A stretch of DNA of 34,867 nucleotides from Candidatus Woesearchaeota archaeon (lineage in GTDB: Archaea > Nanobdellota > Nanobdellia > Pacearchaeales > GW2011-AR1), in the NCBI GenBank assembly GCA_964621965.1, contig CAZUOZ010000004.1:1-34867 (forward strand), in the 5' to 3' direction. Made by a program: the position numbers and the translations under genes. The stretch's first letter is position 1, and every line of letters starts with the position of its first letter. The notes under the pieces are model-generated. The model worked only from the letters and a program-made list of their open reading frames with translations. It was not told the DNA's origin and did no database searches. Of this stretch, positions 25,872 to 33,150 are shown in pieces.

Positions 25872-26512
25872 TTAAAGCATCTGCAATAGTTCCTTGTTAT
25901 AATGAAAAGGGAAGAATTGAAAAGGTCCTAAAAGTTCTTTCTTCTTGCAATTTAATAAGAGAGATTATAATTATTGACGATGGTTCTACAGATGGAACTG
26001 AAAAATCAGTTAAGAATTTTAAGAAAGTAAGATATTTTAGAAATAAAAAAAATAAAGGTAAGGCTTATTCTATGAATGAAGGCGTTAAAAAAGCCAAATC
26101 TTCTGTAATCTTTTTTTGTGATGCAGATTTAAGAGATTTAACTCCTTCAATAGTAAATTCAATAATTTCTCCGGTATTAAAAAAAGAATATGAAATGTAT
26201 ATAGGAATAAGGAATAATTTAATGCAGAAAACTTGGAAATTAGTTGCACTTAATTCTGGAGAGAGAGCATTAACCAAAGAAACTTGGAATAAAATTCCTC
26301 CATTTTACAAACATCGTTTTAGAATAGAATATGGAATGAATAAATTTGTAAAGAAGAATAATGGAAAAATTGGATATAAGGTTTTTCCATATTTTCAAAC
26401 TCTTAAGGAAACAAAATATGGTTTTTTAAAAGGGACTTTTTTTAGGTGGTGGTTGAATTTTGATGTATTTATGGCCATTCTCAGATTTAATTTTTATGAT
26501 AGATTTAAGTAA
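25868..26512 (+). CDS. Family 2 glycosyltransferase (GT-A, Dol-P-hexose synthase-like)
   Basis: SAIVPCYNE, IIIDDGSTDGT and FCDADL (DxD). No TM segment. ATGA overlap with the hydrolase gene. Confidence 0.8.
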   Translation: MIKASAIVPCYNEKGRIEKVLKVLSSCNLIREIIIIDDGSTDGTEKSVKNFKKVRYFRNKKNKGKAYSMNEGVKKAKSSVIFFCDADLRDLTPSIVNSIISPVLKKEYEMYIGIRNNLMQKTWKLVALNSGERALTKETWNKIPPFYKHRFRIEYGMNKFVKKNNGKIGYKVFPYFQTLKETKYGFLKGTFFRWWLNFDVFMAILRFNFYDRFK

Positions 26513-26556
26513 TTTTTTGCAATAATCTTTTTATACCTTTTTGATTCTAAATTTAT

Positions 26557-26838
26557 ATGAAAAATGATTCTTTTTTAAGAGAGGAGAATTATCCAAACTT
26601 AGAATATAATAAAGTTTATTTGGTTTCTGAAAAGCCAATGATTTATATTGGAAATGATTTAAATGGAAGAGGGAGGCTTTTGTTTAAAAAAGATTTTGAT
26701 CCAGTAATTTATAGTTTTGATATTCGTGAATCTAAAATTAACGGAGAAGAATTAAAAACAGGAAAACTATACCGTCTTTTAATTTCTGATAAAGAAAGTT
26801 CTTTCGCTCTTGAAATTCTAACTAAGAAAGGTCTCTAG
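26557..26838 (+). CDS. Hypothetical small protein
   Basis: 93-aa ORF with a predicted beta-rich composition. TATA-like CTTTTTATAC lies about 20 nt upstream of the ATG. No recognisable motif. Confidence 0.4.
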   Translation: MKNDSFLREENYPNLEYNKVYLVSEKPMIYIGNDLNGRGRLLFKKDFDPVIYSFDIRESKINGEELKTGKLYRLLISDKESSFALEILTKKGL

Positions 26839-26864
26839 TTTCCAGCTTCAACTAGGAAAGTGCG

Positions 26865-26920
26865 GGTTTGTCAGCTCGGTTTTAAATAAAAATAATTTAT
26901 CCGAATAGTGCTGACAAACC
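26865..26920. repeat. 11-bp perfect inverted repeat spanning the P1 stop codon
   Basis: GGTTTGTCAGC (26865-26875) pairs with GCTGACAAACC (26910-26920). The right arm encodes the P1 C-terminal GLSA residues. Confidence 0.7.
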
Positions 26921-27190
26921 TTCTGCTGCAGCCGCTTTCTTCTCTTCTTTTGGCTTTGCTTCTTCTTTCTTTTCAGCATCGGCATGCGCGCCAGCCGCTG
27001 GAGCAGCAATAGCCAAACTAGCAGTTTCTAGCTCTTTGTCTATATCGACATTTTTTAAGCTGGCAACAAGAGACTTGATTTTAGATTCATCTGTCTCGAT
27101 ACCAGCTGCTGCAACAACACTTTTTATGTTATTTTCGTTCACTTCTTTGCCCGCTTTGTGCAACAAAAGTGCCGCATATATGTTTTCCAT
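26897..27190 (-). CDS. rpl12: Ribosomal stalk protein P1 (archaeal L12)
   Basis: MENIYAALLLHKAGKEVNE N-terminal dimerisation domain, Ala/Lys/Glu hinge, and conserved tail EGLSALFG. Confidence 0.93.
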   Translation of the reverse strand: MENIYAALLLHKAGKEVNENNIKSVVAAAGIETDESKIKSLVASLKNVDIDKELETASLAIAAPAAGAHADAEKKEEAKPKEEKKAAAAEGLSALFG

Positions 27191-27215
27191 TATCTTGTTT
27201 TTTTTGTTTTATTTA

Positions 27216-28025
27216 TTAATTTTCTCCCTCAGTATTATCTGATTGAGTATTATCTGAAGGTTGCAAATTTTTCAAAACTTTTGCATGAGAATCTGCCTTT
27301 GCAAGAAGGAAACCTATGGTTTTTTCATTTGTATATGAAATTGAAACTGCAAAAGGAAGAGCTCTTCCATAGGCTTCTTTTAATTTATTTATTATTTCTT
27401 TTCTATCTATTTTTATATTCAAATATATTTTCTTATTTTCAATATCAAATGCACTAAGAGGAACAAATCCTACAGTAAAGGGTTTTATTCCAAGTTTACT
27501 CATAATATCACATGCTCCTTGAGAAATTTTTTGTCCTTTCTTTGTTATTACTTTAGCTTCTTTAATCAAAATTTTTCCCTTATCAATTTGTATTTTAATT
27601 CCAAGTGCTCCCAGTTCGCTTATTGCAGGGCCTGGAACTAAATCCGTTGGACCTTCTGGAATTTCAATATCTTCTGGAGCAACCTGTCCTGCTTTCGCTT
27701 TAGCAGGGCTCTTTATATCTTCCAATTCAGAGGCAAGTTCAAAACAATCTATTTCTGAAAAAAGAATTGCGGTGCTTTCTTTAATTTCTTCTTTTAATTT
27801 TTCCATCTCTTTATCTTTTAAAGAGTCTATTGCAATCAAAGAAAGACTCCTCTTTGGGACTTTTACTATCGCTTTTCCTCTTAGTTTTTTCTTTATTTCT
27901 TGAAATTGAGAACCTGGAAGATTTTTTATTGAAGCTACTAAAATAGTTTTGCTTTCTTTCATTAACTTTTTAAGATCATCAGTAACTTTCTTTTTTGCAG
28001 GAGATATTTTATTTTTTTCAGTCAT
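27216..28025 (-). CDS. rpl10: Ribosomal protein uL10 (P0), short form
   Basis: ILVASIKNLPGSQFQEIKKKLRGKAIVKVPKRSL and the archaeal/eukaryotic domain II insert. Only 269 aa, ending ...LQPSDNTQSDNTEGEN. Confidence 0.88.
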   Translation of the reverse strand: MTEKNKISPAKKKVTDDLKKLMKESKTILVASIKNLPGSQFQEIKKKLRGKAIVKVPKRSLSLIAIDSLKDKEMEKLKEEIKESTAILFSEIDCFELASELEDIKSPAKAKAGQVAPEDIEIPEGPTDLVPGPAISELGALGIKIQIDKGKILIKEAKVITKKGQKISQGACDIMSKLGIKPFTVGFVPLSAFDIENKKIYLNIKIDRKEIINKLKEAYGRALPFAVSISYTNEKTIGFLLAKADSHAKVLKNLQPSDNTQSDNTEGEN

Positions 28026-28645
28026 TTTACTTTTAATTTTTGAGGTTTAGTCATTGTGAATTTTATTTCAATATTTTTTATGTTATCTTTTCCTTTTGGA
28101 AGATTCTTTAAAACAGTTGAATAAACTGCAAGGATATTTTCTGCTATTTCTTTATCTTGCATACTTTGTTTTCCTATTGAAAGTTTTATGCTTGATTCTT
28201 TTGTTTTTATTTTCAAACTATTGTTTATTTTTTCTTTGGAATCTCTTATCGTTTTTTCATCAGAGTTAAGAATTATCCCCATTTGAGGTGAAGGCATTTT
28301 TCCGGCAGGTCCAAGTGCTCTTCCAAAAGTAGTTGCTACAGAAGGCATAAGACTTGATTGAGCTATAAAAAAATCATATTTTCTTACTAATTTTTTTACT
28401 TCCCTTTTTCCAGAATATTTTTTAAATTCCTCTTTTGTAACTGAATCTATATAGTTGCTTTTAGAATCTAAAAATGCGCATATCTTTTTTTCCTTGATTT
28501 TATAAGGAGTAGTTATCACGAGATTTATTTGATTTTTTCTTGCATCAAATTTTTGCAAATTAATAATTAAATCTACTGTTTGGTCAAATTTTCTTTCTTT
28601 ATTCTTTCTTAATTCTGCTAAGGCATTTAGTATTTCTTTTTCCAT
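28022..28645 (-). CDS. rpl1: Ribosomal protein uL1
   Basis: FDQTVDLIINLQKFDARKNQ and GRALGPAGKMPSP. ATGA overlap with uL10. Confidence 0.92.
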   Translation of the reverse strand: MEKEILNALAELRKNKERKFDQTVDLIINLQKFDARKNQINLVITTPYKIKEKKICAFLDSKSNYIDSVTKEEFKKYSGKREVKKLVRKYDFFIAQSSLMPSVATTFGRALGPAGKMPSPQMGIILNSDEKTIRDSKEKINNSLKIKTKESSIKLSIGKQSMQDKEIAENILAVYSTVLKNLPKGKDNIKNIEIKFTMTKPQKLKVK

Positions 28646-28785
28646 TATGAGATTTCCTCATTCAGATGGAGAGTCTCATCCGCAGCGAAGCGAGGACCCG
28701 CATCTTATTCTATTTTCTTTATCCTCCCAAATTATGCGCCAGCGCCATAGAATATATGCACTCACGATATGGTTCAATCGGATAT
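28646..28785 (-). promoter_or_regulatory. GC-rich structured 5' leader of the rpl1-rpl10-rpl12 operon (candidate L1 autoregulatory site)
   Basis: No ORF of 60 aa or more. GC-rich runs occur in an AT-rich context. Hand-folded hairpin at 28671-28699 contains G-U pairs only in the minus sense. An alternative hairpin at 28647-28679 encloses the GAGGA Shine-Dalgarno-like element. Confidence 0.5.
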
Positions 28786-28804
28786 TTGTCTTAGAAATTT
28801 TGGG

Positions 28805-28812
28805 TTTATAAA
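28805..28812. promoter_or_regulatory. Palindromic TATA-like box TTTATAAA
   Basis: For minus-strand transcription it would place a start site near 28783, defining the long rpl1 leader. Orientation is ambiguous because the box is palindromic. Confidence 0.3.
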
Positions 28813-28935
28813 GTTAACTTATTAATTTTAAATATCAAATAAATTTCATACCTTTTATTTTAGAAATAATATTCTTAAAAACTCTTTTTAAAAAACACAA
28901 TAATCCTTATAAATAGAATAATTTTTTATTCTTTC

Positions 28936-29286
28936 ATGGAACTCGTAGCACTATTATCTTCTGGGAAAGGAACCTGGGGGCAGGTTTCTGGTTTAATGAA
29001 GCAGGGAAACTGGGATAAAATATTTATTTTAGGAGATGATTTTGCAAAAGGTTTCACTCATGAGAAGCCCTTTGAATTTATAAAAGTAGATTTAAATAAA
29101 AGAATAAAAGATTTGAAAGAGGAATTTAAAGAAAAACTTAGTGGAAAATTTGAAGGTATGGAAGTTTCGGTGAGTCTTGCATCTGGAGACGGAAAAGAAC
29201 ACATGGCTTTAATTTCCGCTTTAATTAATCTCCCGATGGGTGTAAGATTTGTAGCTCTAACTAAAGAAGGTTTAATTAACTTATAG
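28936..29286 (+). CDS. Hypothetical small Rossmann-like protein (CARF-like motifs, weak)
   Basis: 116 aa with alternating beta/alpha pattern. ALLSSGKG after the first strand and SLASGDGKEHMALISAL after the last strand. TATA-like CTTATAAATA lies about 21-30 nt upstream of the ATG. Confidence 0.45.
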   Translation: MELVALLSSGKGTWGQVSGLMKQGNWDKIFILGDDFAKGFTHEKPFEFIKVDLNKRIKDLKEEFKEKLSGKFEGMEVSVSLASGDGKEHMALISALINLPMGVRFVALTKEGLINL

Positions 29287-29292
29287 TTCTAT

Positions 29293-29326
29293 CCTACGTC
29301 GTTTTAATTCATAAAACGCCGGAAGG
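29293..29326. terminator. Imperfect hairpin between convergent genes
   Basis: CGTTTTA-ATTCA-TAAAACG core (29300-29318), extended by CCT/AGG. Confidence 0.3.
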
Positions 29327-29343
29327 TCTAATCGACTTATAAA

Positions 29344-29904
29344 TTATTTTTTTAAAATTAAAGTATTCTCTTTTCTATTGCTTACTTTTTCTATATGAGA
29401 ACCTATCTTTTCAAATCCTAATTTTTTAAAAAGAATTTTAGAACCAATATTATCATCATAAACGAATGCATAAATTGAATCAAGTTTTTTTTCTTTGAAC
29501 CCATATTCTATTGCAGATTGAGCAGATAATCTTCCGATACCTTGTTTTTGGTAATCTCCAGAGATCATTATCTTTATTTCTGCAGCATTATGGAATGAAT
29601 AATTCTCTAAATCAAAAAGATCATGGTATTCTTCAAAAATATTTGGAATTTTATCTAGATTTATATCTCCTGTAGGAAATTTAAACTTTTTAGAATAAAT
29701 AAACCAATGCATCTTTAGAGGATCTTTTTTCCATTGACTTAACAACTCATAAACTTCTTGTTTTGAAATCTTTTCAAGCAAGCCTATATCTTCCTTTACT
29801 TTGGAATCATCCAACCACCCAGTATAAAGATCTATATTTTTTTGAGTTAAAGTGGGGGGAATTAATTTTATGCTTTCTTTTTTCAAACAAGGTAAATTTC
29901 TCAT
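29344..29904 (-). CDS. GNAT family N-acetyltransferase (RimJ/RimL-like)
   Basis: Acetyl-CoA motif A, YQKQGIGRLSAQSAIEYGF (Q/RxxGxG/A). Length 186 aa. Confidence 0.75.
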   Translation of the reverse strand: MRNLPCLKKESIKLIPPTLTQKNIDLYTGWLDDSKVKEDIGLLEKISKQEVYELLSQWKKDPLKMHWFIYSKKFKFPTGDINLDKIPNIFEEYHDLFDLENYSFHNAAEIKIMISGDYQKQGIGRLSAQSAIEYGFKEKKLDSIYAFVYDDNIGSKILFKKLGFEKIGSHIEKVSNRKENTLILKK

Positions 29905-29934
29905 CGATTTTTTAAAAATCTCTTATTTTTAAGC

Positions 29935-30930
29935 TTATCTTATCTTCAAATCTTTCTTACTTTTTCCAAGAACAGATACTCTAGAAAACTCTTGGCTATC
30001 AAGAATTTTATAATCTTCTCCAATTTCTTTTAACTCTTTTGAGAGCATTTTTGAAAAATTAAGAATATCTTCAAACTTGGGCATTCTATCATATCCTAAT
30101 CTTTGTCTTGCAAAACCTACACTCATAAACCCTTTTATTTCAATAAAAAGAGGTTTAGATTTTTTAATTAAAAGGGCGTACTCTTTAACATATTCTTTAT
30201 TCATGTTTAAATTTAAAATCAAATTCATTCTAAATACTGTTCTAGTTATTTTTTTTAGTTTTGGAAGTAATTCCAAAGTTTTGTTCAACCTTTCCCAAGC
30301 ATCTTTCATAAAACTTCTATGAAATTTATCATAGCTTTCTTTATTATGCGAATTTACAGAAACATATAGTTGTGTAGGAAGTTGTTTATTATCAAGGAGT
30401 TCTTTTATCTTTTCTGGATAAAGTCCATTTGTTACCAAAAAACTTGTTTTTCCTCTTTTTTTTAATTCTTCTATTAATCCCCCAATATTTTTATAACCTG
30501 TGGGTTCTCCAGAAAGAGATATCGCAAATTGAGTTGGTTCTTGCGCTTCTGCAAATTTTTTCATGTCTGCTTTGCTAAGCTGTCTTTTTTTTGAATTTTT
30601 ATCTATGTTAAATCCTTCGAGCAGTTTTCTTTGAGCAATTATGCACCCATCTATGATTTCTTGTGGTGTTCTTATTTCTTTTTTATTTATAATTTTATTA
30701 AAATCTAATTCTAATGCTCGCCAACAATGAAGGCATTTATTTTCACATCCAAGCCAAGGACTCATTTGACAGCATCGATGGCTCTGTATCCCATAAAATT
30801 TTTCTTTGTAACAAACCCCTTCATTTCTGAGAGATTTTTTTGTCCATCTGCATATTTTTACTGCTGCATGGTCTCCTACAAATCGATATCCTTGCTCCTT
30901 CATTACTTCGATTATTTCTTTAGATTCCAT
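29935..30930 (-). CDS. taw1: Radical-SAM tRNA 4-demethylwyosine synthase Taw1 (TYW1 family)
   Basis: HAAVKICRWTKKSLRNEGVCYKEKFYGIQSHRCCQMSP and CxxxCxxC cluster CENKCLHCWR. Confidence 0.88.
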   Translation of the reverse strand: MESKEIIEVMKEQGYRFVGDHAAVKICRWTKKSLRNEGVCYKEKFYGIQSHRCCQMSPWLGCENKCLHCWRALELDFNKIINKKEIRTPQEIIDGCIIAQRKLLEGFNIDKNSKKRQLSKADMKKFAEAQEPTQFAISLSGEPTGYKNIGGLIEELKKRGKTSFLVTNGLYPEKIKELLDNKQLPTQLYVSVNSHNKESYDKFHRSFMKDAWERLNKTLELLPKLKKITRTVFRMNLILNLNMNKEYVKEYALLIKKSKPLFIEIKGFMSVGFARQRLGYDRMPKFEDILNFSKMLSKELKEIGEDYKILDSQEFSRVSVLGKSKKDLKIR

Positions 30931-31115
30931 TTCCTATATAATTAATAATTTTTCCACCCAACATTTATAAAAAATTCTCTTTGTTTTTCTAGATCTTCAA
31001 ATTTTGCCTTTTTCATATCTGCAATAGAAATCTAGATAATATAAATTTTTACAAAGATTATTCTGTAAATATGCAATCAAGGAATAGCATTATTTTTTAA
31101 TAGTTTCTTTTATTT

Positions 31116-32546
31116 TTAAAAGAAACTAAAAGCCCATAATACCATAAGTATTAAGACAAGAAGCAAGAAAAGGTAAGTTAAAATAGAGAATGTTTTTTTT
31201 GCCTTTTGTTCACTTTTAGTTATTGCAAGGACAGTCAGATAAAAGAATCTTCCCCCATCAAATAATCCAATTGGAAGCATATTCACTAGTGCGACACTGA
31301 AACATATGAGTGTTGCCCACCAGAGAAGATTGTATATAAACATACTAAATTCTCCCAATCTTGGAGCGTAGGAAGTATGAGCATCTCTAAAGCTCATAAT
31401 CTTCGATAAAAATACAGCGAGAGGTTTTTGTTGAGTATTTAGTATTTCAATACCTACCCAAGGAATGGTTTTATTTTTTGGACTTTCTCCAAGAGTTATT
31501 TGATATTCTTTTTCAGAATCATTTATCAGAGTTGAAATTGTAATTTTATCTCCAGGGGAGTATTTTTTCATTTCTTCTTGAAGTTCTTTTGTATCTTTTA
31601 CCCTCTTCTCCTGTATCTTTATTACAGTTCCTTCTAAACCAACTCTTATTGCTGGAGCATCTTCATAAACTACAAGATATCCCATTTCAATTATTTCTTC
31701 GTACCCCGTTTTTGATACCAACTCTTTATTTAAGAAATAGGTTTTATTTGAAGTTTTTATTTCAGTTAAATTTTCTTTATTAGTTTTTTCAATTAAAATT
31801 TCATAATCGAGTAAAGAAATATTTTTTCCATCTATTGTAATTATACTGCTAGAATTTAGAAGAGATAGAGAATAGGTGTCAAATATAACTCCTGAAGAGA
31901 CAAATAAAAGTGGGAAAGTAATCCAAAGAATTCCCAAAAGTAGGAATGCTACAATTACATTAGCAAATGTCCCTGCGGAGAGAGTTGCCATCTGCTTGAA
32001 TTTGCTTTTTTTATTCATTACTTTCTCATCAAGTTCTACGAATGCTGCTAAGAAAATTGGAAGGAAAGAAGGAAAGAAACCAAAACCCGTAGTTTTGATT
32101 TTTACTTTATTATACGCAGCAATAATTCCATGGGCGAATTCATGTGGAATTGCTATTATTATAATTATTAAAATCCAATAGATAAAGTAAAAACTAGGAA
32201 GTCCCGGAACTATCTTATCGATGTATGGAATAAGAGGCATTATAGGAGGAACTTTTATGGCTCGAACTATTTCTTGATTGAAAAGATAAATCTGTATGAT
32301 TTTAAATACGAGGTAAATCATTCCAGCCATAAGAATATATCCAGAAATTATTGAAAGCCAGCTTAGAGCTTTCATGGTTCTTTTGTATTTTTTTCCTATT
32401 TTGTTTATGAAATTTATTCCCCAAGGCGTTCGGTATAAAAGAAGCAAACCTTCCTTTTGAATATTTTTTCTTTTAGAATATAGAAAAAAAGAAATTATTA
32501 CTACAAATACAAATAACAATCCTAAATCGTACCAAATAAAACCCAT
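31116..32546 (-). CDS. Site-2 protease family (M50) membrane metalloprotease with PDZ-like insert
   Basis: HExxH as PHEFAHGIIA within a TM region. Second motif NMLPIGLFDGGR. Soluble insert between the TM blocks. Confidence 0.85.
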   Translation of the reverse strand: MGFIWYDLGLLFVFVVIISFFLYSKRKNIQKEGLLLLYRTPWGINFINKIGKKYKRTMKALSWLSIISGYILMAGMIYLVFKIIQIYLFNQEIVRAIKVPPIMPLIPYIDKIVPGLPSFYFIYWILIIIIIAIPHEFAHGIIAAYNKVKIKTTGFGFFPSFLPIFLAAFVELDEKVMNKKSKFKQMATLSAGTFANVIVAFLLLGILWITFPLLFVSSGVIFDTYSLSLLNSSSIITIDGKNISLLDYEILIEKTNKENLTEIKTSNKTYFLNKELVSKTGYEEIIEMGYLVVYEDAPAIRVGLEGTVIKIQEKRVKDTKELQEEMKKYSPGDKITISTLINDSEKEYQITLGESPKNKTIPWVGIEILNTQQKPLAVFLSKIMSFRDAHTSYAPRLGEFSMFIYNLLWWATLICFSVALVNMLPIGLFDGGRFFYLTVLAITKSEQKAKKTFSILTYLFLLLVLILMVLWAFSFF

Positions 32547-32552
32547 TTTTTA

Positions 32553-32714
32553 TTACTTCTTTTTCAAGGGCCTAAATCTTTTTTTACTGCACTTTCTGCA
32601 TTTAACTTTTCCCTTTAAAATTCTTTGAGGATCCGATTTTATTTTGCTATGACATACCTTACATACAAACACGTTCTTGAAAAGTCGATTGGTTGCTTCT
32701 AATATTTTTGCCAT
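32553..32714 (-). CDS. rpl40e: Ribosomal protein eL40
   Basis: Hand-translated 53 aa: MAKILEATNRLFKNVFVCKVCHSKIKSDPQRILKGKVKCRKCSKKRFRPLKKK. C4 zinc ribbon CxxC...CxxC plus RPLKKK. Its ATG overlaps the aIF5A TAA by 1 nt (TAATG). Absent from the ORF track because it is under 60 aa. Confidence 0.82.
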   Translation of the reverse strand: MAKILEATNRLFKNVFVCKVCHSKIKSDPQRILKGKVKCRKCSKKRFRPLKKK

Positions 32715-33100
32715 TATATTTTCCTCTTTATTATTTTTTCTTCACAAACATCCCAATATTCTACATTATCGTTATCTTTAATAGTTTCTTTTAAAGAATC
32801 TTCACATGTTACCTCTATCGTTTCAAAACTATCTAGGTCCATTATACTTACTTTATCTCCTACAGAAAGAACTTGCCCTTTATTCTTGTTAATCATAGGA
32901 ACTTCAAATCTTTCATGCCCTGGTGCAACAATTATTTTCTTTTGTTCAGAGAAAATTCCAACAGCTTCTATTCTTGCTTTTGCATGTCCGTGTTTTCCAG
33001 TCTTACTTATATCTATTTTTTTTACAGTATAAGGGATACCTTCAATTAGAATGTTTGTCCCACTTCTTATTTCTGTAGCATCAATTATTTTTAAAATCAT
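32714..33100 (-). CDS. eif5a: Translation initiation factor aIF5A
   Basis: Hypusine loop ISKTGKHGHAKARIEAVGIF. Length 128 aa. Confidence 0.93.
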   Translation of the reverse strand: MILKIIDATEIRSGTNILIEGIPYTVKKIDISKTGKHGHAKARIEAVGIFSEQKKIIVAPGHERFEVPMINKNKGQVLSVGDKVSIMDLDSFETIEVTCEDSLKETIKDNDNVEYWDVCEEKIIKRKI

Positions 33101-33150
33101 AATCTATTCAAAAAAAATAGATTTATAAACGTTTTTACTCAAAAAAAGAT

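Noticed and set aside
26836-26889. Possible TAG read-through of the 93-aa ORF, and the plus-strand reading ...AGLSARF* that resembles the ribosomal stalk tail.
   Set aside because: The in-frame read-through peptide (FPASTRKVRVCQLGFK) has no recognisable feature. The stalk-tail resemblance is in another frame and is a trivial consequence of the inverted repeat copying P1 codons.
28646-28800. GC-rich rpl1 upstream region as a tRNA, 5S rRNA or C/D-box sRNA gene.
   Set aside because: GGTTCAATC at 28771-28779 looks T-loop-like but has no flanking stems or acceptor pairing. No 5S-like loop E or helix pattern was found. The GAUGAGA and CUGA elements do not have C/D-box spacing or a terminal D box. 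The 9-codon GC-rich mini-ORF (minus strand, ATGGCGCTGGCGCATAATTTGGGAGGATAA) is too short to support as a coding call.
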